Positions 18,768-27,878 of a DNA stretch of 64,000 nt are shown in pieces. The translations under genes were made by a program, and so were the position numbers. The notes under the pieces are model-generated. The model did not search any database. It worked only from the letters and a program-made list of their open reading frames with translations, and had not been told where the DNA came from. Every line of letters begins with the position of its first letter. Within the stretch, counting starts at the first letter, position 1. The stretch is from a virus: IMG/VR virus record IMGVR_UViG_3300020419_001178, positions 1-64,000 of that record; one strand, given 5' to 3'.

Positions 18768-19025
18768 GTGAAAAAGGGTCAATACTTTAACCAGAATCCA
18801 AAGATTGTACAAATCTTTGACGATTTAGAACAATACAAAAAGTTTTGCCAGACTGCGTTTGGTTATGGCCATGATGGTTATGTTTATAACGAAAAAGATC
18901 TTTATAATGACAAGAGTCGTGCTTGGCGTGCCTTTTGTAATTTTAAGAAAGGTAAAAAACGTCCATACTTTAAAAAGTTTGATAAGAAGTTTCAAGGACG
19001 TTACTATAGTAAAAGGAGACACTAA
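18768..19025 (+). CDS. hypothetical basic protein
   Basis: AAGGAG RBS, GTG start, 85 aa. Confidence 0.65.
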   Translation: MKKGQYFNQNPKIVQIFDDLEQYKKFCQTAFGYGHDGYVYNEKDLYNDKSRAWRAFCNFKKGKKRPYFKKFDKKFQGRYYSKRRH

Positions 19026-20092
19026 TGGCGATTTATATCGTAGATATTGAAGCAGTAGATACACGTTACACAAAGCAATGGAAAGAGTTTCTTCCAAAGC
19101 AACTAAGACATGCTACAAATCACGATGTGAAAGTTATAAGTGGAGGAGATACTCCCCAGGCAACAACACCCGGGGCGTTTCTTAACTTTGGTGGTACTAA
19201 CGTTTACAAAAGTAAGCAGTTAGAACAAATAGGCGAGATGTTCTGTAATGGAAAAGTTAAAAATGGCGATTATTTTCTCTATACCGATGCTTGGAATCCT
19301 ACAGTTATTCAACTACGGTATATGGCAGAACTATTGGGTGTTGACATTCGCATTGGTGGGTTGTGGCATGCTGGTAGTTATGATCCACAAGATTTTTTAG
19401 GTAGACTAATAGGTGATAAACCGTGGGTAAGACATGCTGAAAGAAGTATGTATGCTTGTTATGATCATAACTTTTTTGCTACACAATTCCATATTGATAT
19501 GTTTCTTGATACATTTAAACACAAAGGCAGTGATCTACAATGGATACAGGTTGATGAATCTAAAGTTAAAAGAGTAGGTTGGCCGATGGAATACTTAAAA
19601 GGCAGTTTGACATCCTATAAGAAGATGGAAAAAATTAATTCAATTGTTTTCCCTCACAGGCTTGCTCCAGAAAAACAATTAGACATATTTAAAGATTTAA
19701 GAGACAGCTTACCAGAGTATGAATTTGTAATCTGTCAGGAAAGACAACTTACAAAGAATGAATATCATAATATATTAGGTGAAGCTAAGATAGTGTTTAG
19801 TGCTAACTTACAAGAGACATTAGGTATAAGCTGGTACGAAGGAGCATTAGTTGGTGCTCTTCCTTTGGTTCCTGATAGATTAAGTTATAGTGAAATGGCA
19901 ATTCCAGATTTTAAGTATCCTAGTATATGGACAAAGAACTTTGATCAATATCAAAGATACAAACCACAATTGATTGCTAAGATTAAAGATCTAATGGAAT
20001 ACTATGATGAATACTTACAACCATTAGAAAAACAAATATTTCAATTGAAACAATTCTTTCACGGAGAAAGATTGTATGAGAGTATAAAATAA
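19025..20092 (+). CDS. GT-B (family 4-like) glycosyltransferase
   Basis: FPHRLAPEKQ, ETLGISWYEG and P(L)VPDRLSYSE motifs. Confidence 0.8.
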   Translation: MAIYIVDIEAVDTRYTKQWKEFLPKQLRHATNHDVKVISGGDTPQATTPGAFLNFGGTNVYKSKQLEQIGEMFCNGKVKNGDYFLYTDAWNPTVIQLRYMAELLGVDIRIGGLWHAGSYDPQDFLGRLIGDKPWVRHAERSMYACYDHNFFATQFHIDMFLDTFKHKGSDLQWIQVDESKVKRVGWPMEYLKGSLTSYKKMEKINSIVFPHRLAPEKQLDIFKDLRDSLPEYEFVICQERQLTKNEYHNILGEAKIVFSANLQETLGISWYEGALVGALPLVPDRLSYSEMAIPDFKYPSIWTKNFDQYQRYKPQLIAKIKDLMEYYDEYLQPLEKQIFQLKQFFHGERLYESIK

Positions 20093-20433
20093 TGGATGAT
20101 GAAAATAAAATTACTATAGATATTACAAAGCCAGATGATAATTATACTACTCATATAGGAGGAATGACAATTAGTCCTTGTCCTTCTATGTATACTACAG
20201 ATTTAAATGATACCGGTACTGAGTTCGCTTATAATACTACGTATACAAGCACTGACGGTTATACAATTACTCTTCCAGGCCTAGATGACAGTTTACAAGA
20301 TACTTGGCCCGCTGAATATAGGGTAAAAGAAATGATAGAAAAGTATCCTGCTTTAAAAATACAGTATGAAAAATTTATTGAGATTTATAATTTGATAAAA
20401 GATGATCATAAGGATGATTTGGATGTTATCTAA
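20092..20433 (+). CDS. hypothetical protein
   Basis: Thr-rich N-part with C-terminal KYPALK..YEKF..IYNL motif. Confidence 0.65.
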   Translation: MDDENKITIDITKPDDNYTTHIGGMTISPCPSMYTTDLNDTGTEFAYNTTYTSTDGYTITLPGLDDSLQDTWPAEYRVKEMIEKYPALKIQYEKFIEIYNLIKDDHKDDLDVI

Positions 20434-20926
20434 GTTGTTTGAAAAATTAGGAAGAAAAAGGGTTATCACAGATAGAAGTGGTACAATACCTTATCTCATA
20501 CGTTATTATGTATTTTTAAAGGAAAGAAAGAATTTTCCGTTTAACATTACACTTCATAAGGTACTTGTAAGTGACGAACCTGTATTACATGATCATCCTT
20601 GGAACTGGGGAGCAGTAATTTTAAAAGGTGGTTATTGGGAACATATTCCAATCATTTCACAGGAAGGAGCAGTAGTAGGTAGCACAAAGGAGTGGCGTGG
20701 TCCTGGACACATTAGATTTAGAAAGGCGGAAGACTTACACTGGTTAGAATTAGAAAAAGACAAAAACGGAAAAGAGATTCCTTGTTGGAGTTTATTCTTA
20801 ATGGGTAAGAAAAGAACCGAATGGGGATTTGTAGATTGGGTACCAGCAACAAAAGATAATTGGAGAGAAGCAGGATATAAATGGGTACACAACGAAACAT
20901 ATTTGAAGGAAAAACAAAATGGTTAA
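20423..20926 (+). CDS. cupin-like phage protein
   Basis: LHDHPW...ILKGGYWEH...H.LEL metal-binding pattern. Confidence 0.7.
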   Translation: MLSKLFEKLGRKRVITDRSGTIPYLIRYYVFLKERKNFPFNITLHKVLVSDEPVLHDHPWNWGAVILKGGYWEHIPIISQEGAVVGSTKEWRGPGHIRFRKAEDLHWLELEKDKNGKEIPCWSLFLMGKKRTEWGFVDWVPATKDNWREAGYKWVHNETYLKEKQNG

Positions 20927-21452
20927 AAAGCATTATTATTCGTGGAAAGATGTTGAACGTAGTTGTGTAAGCATAGTAAACCAAATGTATACAGATCAGT
21001 GGAGACCTGATTATATTGTAGGTATCACCAGAGGTGGTAATATTCCTGCTACTATTATAAGCAACATGACTGGAATACCTTGCGAAGCCATAAAAGTAAG
21101 TTTAAGAGACGACAGTAAACTTGAAAGCAATACCTGGATGGCTGAAGATGCGTTTGGAAAATTCCAACAAGGACAACCAAGGAACGAGTCAAAAAATATA
21201 TTAATAGTAGATGACATTAATGATACAGGAGCAACATTCAATTGGATTGTTGACGACTGGCAAAAAAGTTGTAACCCAGAGGATACTGGCTGGCGTGATG
21301 TGTGGTGTGAAAATGTACGTTTCGCAGTACTGACAGATAATTCAGCAAGTGATTTTAAATTTATGGTAAACTATTCAACCCACGAGGTTAACAAAGCAGA
21401 AGAAGATGTTTGGTTAGTATATCCTTGGGAAAGAGTAGGTACATATGATTGA
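20919..21452 (+). CDS. purine phosphoribosyltransferase (Gpt/xanthine-guanine PRTase-like)
   Basis: IVGITRGG, ILIVDDINDTGAT PRPP loop, WLVYPWE. Confidence 0.88.
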   Translation: MVKKHYYSWKDVERSCVSIVNQMYTDQWRPDYIVGITRGGNIPATIISNMTGIPCEAIKVSLRDDSKLESNTWMAEDAFGKFQQGQPRNESKNILIVDDINDTGATFNWIVDDWQKSCNPEDTGWRDVWCENVRFAVLTDNSASDFKFMVNYSTHEVNKAEEDVWLVYPWERVGTYD

Positions 21453-22029
21453 CGCACAATTAATTTTTCCTACGAAAGTATATAGATCCAAGTTTGAAGA
21501 TTCACAAGAGTTACAAAAAGATATTGTCCCTTTGTTGCTAGATCAAGAAAAGAAGGATACATCTCCTGTAAGGTATTCTGCTAACGGTTATACTTCTTAT
21601 GGTGCTAACACAAATATATTAAGTTTACCACAATTAAGCAAATTAAAAGATTTTATAAATGAAATAGTTTTAAAATGCCATGATGAAACTATGCTAGAAG
21701 GTACTCCTGTTCTTGAGTCCAGTTGGTATAGTATTATGAGAAAGCATACATACCACGAAGAACATCATCACTTACCTAGTGTATGGAGCGGTGTTTACTA
21801 TGTACAAGCTGATCAGACTCACCCCGGACTGACATTTGTAAATCGTAATCAAAAAGGACATTGGCCAAGAACAGGTGTAAAAGGATTGACAGAATTTAAT
21901 TCTCCTGAAGTAACTTGTTCAGCTGAAACAGGAAGTGTAATTATATTTCCTAGTCATGTACTACATAAAGTACACCAACAAACTATTGACAAAGATAGGA
22001 TAATGATAAGTTTTAATTATGGAATATAA
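21445..22029 (+). CDS. 2OG-Fe(II) oxygenase-like (TIGR02466-type)
   Basis: HEEHHH..SGVYYV...IFPSHVLH.V...RIMISFN. Confidence 0.8.
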   Translation: MIDAQLIFPTKVYRSKFEDSQELQKDIVPLLLDQEKKDTSPVRYSANGYTSYGANTNILSLPQLSKLKDFINEIVLKCHDETMLEGTPVLESSWYSIMRKHTYHEEHHHLPSVWSGVYYVQADQTHPGLTFVNRNQKGHWPRTGVKGLTEFNSPEVTCSAETGSVIIFPSHVLHKVHQQTIDKDRIMISFNYGI

Positions 22030-22378
22030 AGACATACCTTGGACAGACATATTGATTGATTCAAAAGAATTTACAGTTTTTAGAGACGGATATCCAGTAA
22101 CAGAAGGACACATTCTTTTTGTACCTAAAGGTAATAGTTGGGAATCTCTCGTAAAGTGTTTCGAAGCCGCATACAAATGGGGCTACGATTGGGTTGAACG
22201 TGGATATTGTGATGCGTTCAACATAGGACAAAATGTGGGCAAAGAAGCAGGTCAAACTGTTATGTATCCACACGTTCATTTAATTCCCAGACGTGAAGGC
22301 GATATGGGAGATCCACGCGGCGGCGTTAGACACGTGATACCTAGTAAGGGAAACTACAGGAAGGAAAAGCAAGTATGA
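22019..22378 (+). CDS. HIT-family nucleotide hydrolase
   Basis: DGYPVTEGH.LFVP, AGQTV, HVHLIPR. Confidence 0.9.
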   Translation: MEYKDIPWTDILIDSKEFTVFRDGYPVTEGHILFVPKGNSWESLVKCFEAAYKWGYDWVERGYCDAFNIGQNVGKEAGQTVMYPHVHLIPRREGDMGDPRGGVRHVIPSKGNYRKEKQV

Positions 22379-22584
22379 AGGTTGGTGAAGCTATAATTAA
22401 TGCGGCTAAGAAACAAGCAGAAGGCGAAGTTGCTGTGCATTTGGCTAACATTGAAGTTTATAAAACAATGCCAGCAGGTATTGGTGAACATTCAGATGTT
22501 ACTGAGGCAGTTATCGCAGAGCTTGATAAATTAGCGGCCGCACAAGACAGACTTGACATGATTGAAAAATATTTTAATGGCTAG
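22375..22584 (+). CDS. small conserved phage protein
   Basis: HLANIEVY...GIGEHSD. Confidence 0.7.
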   Translation: MKVGEAIINAAKKQAEGEVAVHLANIEVYKTMPAGIGEHSDVTEAVIAELDKLAAAQDRLDMIEKYFNG

Positions 22585-23404
22585 AACATTATTCATTGGC
22601 GATAGTCATTCGCATGGTTATTTCGAAATGGGTGGTAAAATTCATTCATGGGAAAGTAATAATTATGCTGAGATTTATGCTAATGATAATAACAAACAAA
22701 CTGTAATATACAGTATGCCAGGCGGGTGTAATAGAAAATATCCCGCCTGGCTAAAAACAATGCTTGATAGATATGATGATATTGATGAAGTCTTCATACA
22801 ATCAACATATTGGAACAGATTTTTATTATCATGCTCCAAGAATCTAGGAGTAGGAGAAGAGACAGATTCTAGCCTATACTTAGACAACGACCAACCTAAA
22901 GATAGTTTAATTGATAGATATACTGATCATAGAATTACAGATGACTATATAGAAATGATCGAACAGACTAGAAAAGAAAATTACGAAGAATTTAAAGGTT
23001 TTGCCTTTAATGATATGAAAGTAGGATATGACTTTCAACCATTTCATGAAAAATATTCATATACAAAACTATGGCACGAACTTGTAAGTCCTTTACAATA
23101 CAAAGATTATTGTATAGACCTGTTAGCTATAGATACTATGTGTAAAAATAAAAATATTAAATGGTACTTGTGGAGTATAAATGATAGAGTGTTTATACCA
23201 CAAAATATAGACTATTACGGAAAACTATCTTGTGTAAGAGCTCCTATGAGTGCTGAAGCTTTCTTTAAAAGTAAAATGGATATAGATATTGAAACAGATC
23301 ACTATCGATTAGATAGCGAACATTACATAAGAGAGATACACAATAAGATAGCAAGACAATATTTTGGCTATGTGAAGGATACCAATAATGAAAATAACAC
23401 TTGA
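22577..23404 (+). CDS. SGNH/GDSL-hydrolase-like protein
   Basis: FIGDSHS N-terminal motif and C-terminal D..H (LDSEH). Confidence 0.55.
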   Translation: MARTLFIGDSHSHGYFEMGGKIHSWESNNYAEIYANDNNKQTVIYSMPGGCNRKYPAWLKTMLDRYDDIDEVFIQSTYWNRFLLSCSKNLGVGEETDSSLYLDNDQPKDSLIDRYTDHRITDDYIEMIEQTRKENYEEFKGFAFNDMKVGYDFQPFHEKYSYTKLWHELVSPLQYKDYCIDLLAIDTMCKNKNIKWYLWSINDRVFIPQNIDYYGKLSCVRAPMSAEAFFKSKMDIDIETDHYRLDSEHYIREIHNKIARQYFGYVKDTNNENNT

Positions 23405-23429
23405 CAAAAACCTAAATAACATATATAAT
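23401..23429 (+). promoter_or_regulatory. sigma70-type promoter for folE
   Basis: Perfect TTGACA-17-TATAAT; the -35 contains the upstream TGA stop. Confidence 0.8.
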
Positions 23430-23474
23430 AAACAGAAAAAGTGGCAATCCACTGCCTTAACATCGGAGAAGAAA

Positions 23475-24161
23475 TTGAGTAAAAGTGATCAAATTGTAGA
23501 AAAACTAAAAAAATCAGGTATTAGATACTGGGCGGGTGATAACATCAGTCAAATATTAGAGCCCGGTGATAAAGAAGAACTTATTGAAGAACTAACACCA
23601 AAGTTTGAAGCAGTACTAGATAGTCTAGTTATTGATCGGTTTAATGATCCTAACAGTATGGACACTGGTAGACGACTAGCAAAAATGTATATAAATGAAA
23701 TTATGAGTGGCAGGTATGAACCTATGCCTAATGCTACTGCTTTTCCTAATCATGTAGATGATGGTTATAAAGGTATGTTAGTTGTGCGTTCAGAAATTAA
23801 AAGTATGTGTTCGCATCATCATCAGCCAGTTTCAGGTGTAGCATACATAGGTATTATCGCCGCAGAAACACTTATAGGACTTTCTAAATATACACGTATC
23901 GCACAATGGTGTGCCAGAAGAGGTACATTACAAGAAGAACTTAATAATGTAATTGCTAATGAAATACAAAAAGCAACAGGTAGTGGGAACATAGGCGTTT
24001 ACTTACAAGCAACACACGGTTGTTGTGAGAATAGAGGAATAGGTGCTCATAGTAGTTTAACACAAACCACTGTACTAAGAGGAGCATTTAACGAGGATCC
24101 AGGAACTAAAAAGGAGTTTATGGATAATATTAAATTACAACAGGAGTTCGCTCCTAGGTAG
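23475..24161 (+). CDS. folE: GTP cyclohydrolase I
   Basis: SMCSHHHQP, GLSKYTR, LQEEL, HGCCENRG. TTG start after GGAG and downstream of the promoter; the ORF-track start 23388 lies upstream of the promoter. Confidence 0.93.
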   Translation: MSKSDQIVEKLKKSGIRYWAGDNISQILEPGDKEELIEELTPKFEAVLDSLVIDRFNDPNSMDTGRRLAKMYINEIMSGRYEPMPNATAFPNHVDDGYKGMLVVRSEIKSMCSHHHQPVSGVAYIGIIAAETLIGLSKYTRIAQWCARRGTLQEELNNVIANEIQKATGSGNIGVYLQATHGCCENRGIGAHSSLTQTTVLRGAFNEDPGTKKEFMDNIKLQQEFAPR

Positions 24162-24171
24162 AAAGGTAGAT

Positions 24172-24378
24172 ATGAATTTAAATCATTTTTCAGTTAGTAT
24201 AGTTAAAAGTATTTTTAGAATCGTAGCAGGTGGATTACTATCCTATGGAGGCTACGTTTTTTGGTCGGCAAATATGTACAGTGATATCTTTATAGCAGAG
24301 TCAGGTTTTGTTATAATGTTATCAGGTGGAGCATTTGTCATAGCAGAAGCATTAGGAATAATTGAGGAGATAGTCTAA
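24172..24378 (+). CDS. small membrane protein
   Basis: Hydrophobic 68 aa, HF.VS.VKS..RI...AE.LGI.EE. Confidence 0.65.
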   Translation: MNLNHFSVSIVKSIFRIVAGGLLSYGGYVFWSANMYSDIFIAESGFVIMLSGGAFVIAEALGIIEEIV

Positions 24379-24491
24379 TGAAGTTAAGTGAATTTAGAAA
24401 AAAGTTTGGTGAAGGTACAGATTTCGACCTTGACTATGGTAAACTTTTTATTATTGCTATTTGTATCTATATAGCTTTTCAGGTTAGTTAG
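24378..24491 (+). CDS. 37-aa membrane peptide (not in ORF track)
   Basis: MKLSEFRKKFGEGTDFDLDYGKLFIIAICIYIAFQVS*; GAGGAG RBS, TAATG coupling. Confidence 0.55.
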   Translation: MKLSEFRKKFGEGTDFDLDYGKLFIIAICIYIAFQVS

Positions 24492-24493
24492 AT

Positions 24494-25396
24494 ATGGAAA
24501 AAGCAGAAAAGAAAGTATATTACAGTGAAATATTTCACTCTATACAAGGAGAAGGACATTATACAGGTGTGCCTACTGCTTGGATACGTTTCTTTCTGTG
24601 TAATTTACAATGTAGTGGCTTTGGACAAATAGATCCTACTAATCCAGAAACATATGATCTTCCGTTTTTAGATTACGATGTAAGTCAAGTAAAGAGAGTT
24701 GAAGACTTGCCTGTGTGGGAAAAAGGTTGTGATAGTTCATATACTTGGGCAAAAAAGTATAAACACTTAATGGGGCATGAAGTTCCTAGTACATTAGCAA
24801 ATAGGATTGTAGATATACTAAGAACAGATTCTAATCCAGAAGGTTTGTTTTTACATCCTGTTAGTAAACAAAGACAACATCTATGTTTTACAGGCGGTGA
24901 GCCTTTAATGATAACAGGACAGACAGCAAGTATTGGTATATATGAAGAATTAGAAAAACAAGGTAACTTGCCTAGTTCGATGACTTTTGAAACTAACGGT
25001 ACACAAAAGTTGAGAGATCCTTTTAAAGATTGGGTGAAAAGGATAGATGAAGAAGTGTTCTTTAGTTGTAGTCCTAAGTTATGGACAGTAGCAGGCGAGG
25101 AGGCTAAAAAAGCAATCATACCAGAGGTAGTAGGTGAGTATGCTGAACTATCTAAAGCAGGGCAACTAAAATTTGTCGTTGGTAGTGAACAACAACAATG
25201 GGATGAAATGGAATCTGTTGTAGAACAATTTAAAGCACAAGGTGTTGATTGGCCTATATGGGTAATGCCTGTAGGAGCAAGAGAAGAAGAACAGAGTGCG
25301 ACAGCAGGTGATGTAGCAAAAATGGCATTTCAAAGAGGATATAATGTGGCGGCAAGAGTACATGTTTATCTATTTGGAAACGCAATAGGAACGTAA
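24494..25396 (+). CDS. queE: 7-carboxy-7-deazaguanine synthase (radical SAM)
   Basis: EIFHSIQGEG, IRFFLCNLQC...GCDS, FTGGEP, FETNGT, CSPK, RVHVYLFG. Confidence 0.9.
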   Translation: MEKAEKKVYYSEIFHSIQGEGHYTGVPTAWIRFFLCNLQCSGFGQIDPTNPETYDLPFLDYDVSQVKRVEDLPVWEKGCDSSYTWAKKYKHLMGHEVPSTLANRIVDILRTDSNPEGLFLHPVSKQRQHLCFTGGEPLMITGQTASIGIYEELEKQGNLPSSMTFETNGTQKLRDPFKDWVKRIDEEVFFSCSPKLWTVAGEEAKKAIIPEVVGEYAELSKAGQLKFVVGSEQQQWDEMESVVEQFKAQGVDWPIWVMPVGAREEEQSATAGDVAKMAFQRGYNVAARVHVYLFGNAIGT

Positions 25397-25406
25397 AGGA
25401 GGTGAT

Positions 25407-25796
25407 ATGAAAGATATCATTAATAAGATAAAAGGTCTTGGTAAAAAGAAAGAGGAAGTTAAAAAACCTCTCAGTGCTGAAGAAGAAAGAAGAGCAGTAC
25501 TAGCCAAAGAAAAAGAAGCGGCATCTAAGGATGGTAAACCTTGGGTTGGTGTTTTAGATACAAAAGTAAATCCAGATAATATTAAGAATGGATTTTTTGA
25601 ACTTGATTGGAACAATGAATTCATAGAACAGTTACTTGATGCTGGATATACTGGTGAATCAAATGAACAAATTGTTGATGCTTGGTTTAAAACTATAGCT
25701 AGACAAGTTCTTGAAGAAGGTGGAGAAGATCCCGAAAGAGGTTCAGGATTTATAGATACTACCAAAATTGATGAAGAAAAAACAAAAGTTTCTTGA
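25407..25796 (+). CDS. conserved hypothetical phage protein
   Basis: GGAGG RBS; GFFELDWNNEFI motif. Confidence 0.7.
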   Translation: MKDIINKIKGLGKKKEEVKKPLSAEEERRAVLAKEKEAASKDGKPWVGVLDTKVNPDNIKNGFFELDWNNEFIEQLLDAGYTGESNEQIVDAWFKTIARQVLEEGGEDPERGSGFIDTTKIDEEKTKVS

Positions 25797-25821
25797 CAAA
25801 TTAACTTTTAGAAAGTATAGT
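25793..25821 (+). promoter_or_regulatory. sigma70-type promoter
   Basis: TTGACA-17-TATAGT, 6 nt before ATG 25828. Confidence 0.7.
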
Positions 25822-25827
25822 AATACT

Positions 25828-26814
25828 ATGACTTATATACTTGTAGATACAGCGAATACATTTTTCCGTGCTAGACATGTGATCCGAGGAGACTTAGAAA
25901 CAAAGATTGGCATGGCATTACATATCACATTAGGCGGCATAAGAAAGGCATATCAAGACTTTGATGGTGCTCATGTTGTCTTTTGTTTAGAAGGACGTAG
26001 TTGGCGTAAAGATTATTACGAGCCTTATAAAAGAAACAGAAGTGATGCTCGTGCGGCACAGACAGAAAGAGAACAAGAAGAAGATAAAGTATTCTGGGAA
26101 ATATTTGATGAATTTAATAAATTTGTACATAACAAAACAAATTGTTCTGTTTTACACAATCCGCAATTAGAGGCAGATGATCTTATTGCTGGTTGGGTTC
26201 AAGCACACCCTAACGATAATCATGTTATTATTTCTACTGATGGGGACTTTGCTCAATTGATAGCTAGTAATGTAAGCCAATATAACGGAGTATCTAATAC
26301 TATTATTACACACGAAGGATACTTTGATGACAAGAAAAGATTGCCTGTTATTGATAAGAAGACAGGCAAAGAAAAGCCTGCTCCTGATCCGGAATGGTTA
26401 TTGTTTGAAAAGTGTATGAGAGGTGATACAAGTGATAACGTGTTCAGTGCTTACCCTGGCGTAAGAACAAAAGGTACTAAAAACAAAGTAGGACTTATGG
26501 AAGCCTACGCAGATAGGAAAAGCAAAGGCTTTAATTGGAATAACTTAATGTTACAACGTTGGATGGATCATAAAGGCGATGAACATAGAGTACTTGATGA
26601 TTACAATAGAAACGTTGTGTTATGTGACTTATCAGCACAACCTGGTAATATTAGATCAATTATAAATGATGTTGTTGAAGATGCTATAGAAAAACCTAAG
26701 AGCATATCACAGGTAGGATTACATCTTATGAAGTTTTGTGCTAAACATGATTTACAAAAGATAGCAGATAACGTTCAACAATATGCTGAACCACTACAGG
26801 CAAAATATTCATAA
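25828..26814 (+). CDS. rnh: T4 RNase H-like 5'-3' exonuclease / flap endonuclease
   Basis: ILVD..N, SWRK.YY..YK.NR, EADDLI, ISTDGDF.QL, GDTSDNV. Confidence 0.9.
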   Translation: MTYILVDTANTFFRARHVIRGDLETKIGMALHITLGGIRKAYQDFDGAHVVFCLEGRSWRKDYYEPYKRNRSDARAAQTEREQEEDKVFWEIFDEFNKFVHNKTNCSVLHNPQLEADDLIAGWVQAHPNDNHVIISTDGDFAQLIASNVSQYNGVSNTIITHEGYFDDKKRLPVIDKKTGKEKPAPDPEWLLFEKCMRGDTSDNVFSAYPGVRTKGTKNKVGLMEAYADRKSKGFNWNNLMLQRWMDHKGDEHRVLDDYNRNVVLCDLSAQPGNIRSIINDVVEDAIEKPKSISQVGLHLMKFCAKHDLQKIADNVQQYAEPLQAKYS

Positions 26815-26824
26815 GGAGGTATAA

Positions 26825-27304
26825 ATGACAATAAAAGCAAAACCAATATTAAAAAATAAGTTTTGGATTATTGAAAACAACGGACAAAGAATAGGCACAC
26901 TTTCTAAACAGGAAGATAAAAGATACATGTATAGTTGTGCTACAGGTACTGAATACTTTACTGACACAAAGAGCTTTAATAGTTATATAGGCGGAGTAAG
27001 TTGGGATAAAACAAGTATTTCAGATGCTGGAAGTATTTCAAAAGAAATACATGGATTTTCAACTTCGACTAAACCACATAATGTAGTTTACAATGTACAA
27101 AAGAAACTTCCACTTTTTACAAAGAGTAAAAAGTCAAAAAGTTTATATTGTGCTGGTTACTATGTAATTAAATTTGACAAAGGCTGGGTAAGAAGTTTTT
27201 GTCCTAAGTTAGTAACTCTTGAAACATATGACTATAAGGGTCCTTTCAAGACTGAATTTACTATGAGAGAGGAACTTAAAAATGCAAACAAAAGAAGCAA
27301 TTAA
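26825..27304 (+). CDS. hypothetical phage protein
   Basis: AAGGAGG RBS; 159 aa. Confidence 0.7.
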   Translation: MTIKAKPILKNKFWIIENNGQRIGTLSKQEDKRYMYSCATGTEYFTDTKSFNSYIGGVSWDKTSISDAGSISKEIHGFSTSTKPHNVVYNVQKKLPLFTKSKKSKSLYCAGYYVIKFDKGWVRSFCPKLVTLETYDYKGPFKTEFTMREELKNANKRSN

Positions 27305-27527
27305 TACTATTCCTATACAAAAGTTTATTCAACAAGTAAAAATTGCTGATTCAGGTCAGCACAAAGAAATAAAAATGAATATTCAAGAAGCAAAAAATCT
27401 TATGTATTCATTAAGCATTCTAGTTGCTAATAATCAAGGTCGATTAGAACAGTTGATTGTAGATAACAAATCTACAGGAGAAGAGACTGTAACTATAGCA
27501 ATGGATGGTGGTACTAATTGGAAGTAA
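27282..27527 (+). CDS. hypothetical phage protein
   Basis: 81 aa, C-terminal MDGG motif. Confidence 0.65.
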   Translation: MQTKEAINTIPIQKFIQQVKIADSGQHKEIKMNIQEAKNLMYSLSILVANNQGRLEQLIVDNKSTGEETVTIAMDGGTNWK

Positions 27528-27550
27528 ACCGATAGTATAACCTAAAAAGA

Positions 27551-27558
27551 GATAAATA
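27551..27558 (+). promoter_or_regulatory. T4 late-type promoter box (GATAAATA)
   Basis: Intergenic, upstream of AAGGA RBS and ATG 27588. Confidence 0.55.
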
Positions 27559-27587
27559 TATACGTATATAATTTTAAGGATACGTAT

Positions 27588-27878
27588 ATGAGTAGACCAA
27601 AACCAACAGTAATATTAGAGAACATTGATAAGAATAATTATAAATGTGAACAAATATTAAAGGCTGATGCGATATGGGCCGTCTTTTTTAAAAAGGCACC
27701 ATTCAACCTAAAAACCTCTAATGCTTTAACAAATTATCCTGGACCCAAATATAAAAAGGTGTCCTTCTCCAATCCAGGACATGCTCATAATCTAGCTAAA
27801 AAGCTGAATGAGATGTTCAAATGTGAAGATTTTTCCGTTTATAAATTAACTGACGGAGAAGTGGTTACGGATGAATGA
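27588..27878 (+). CDS. conserved hypothetical phage protein
   Basis: MSRPKPTVILE...YPGPKYKKVSFSNPGHA. Confidence 0.75.
   Translation: MSRPKPTVILENIDKNNYKCEQILKADAIWAVFFKKAPFNLKTSNALTNYPGPKYKKVSFSNPGHAHNLAKKLNEMFKCEDFSVYKLTDGEVVTDE

Noticed and set aside
23388-23474. N-terminal extension of FolE from the ORF track
   Set aside because: It overlaps a consensus promoter; an RBS and TTG at 23475 give a better start.
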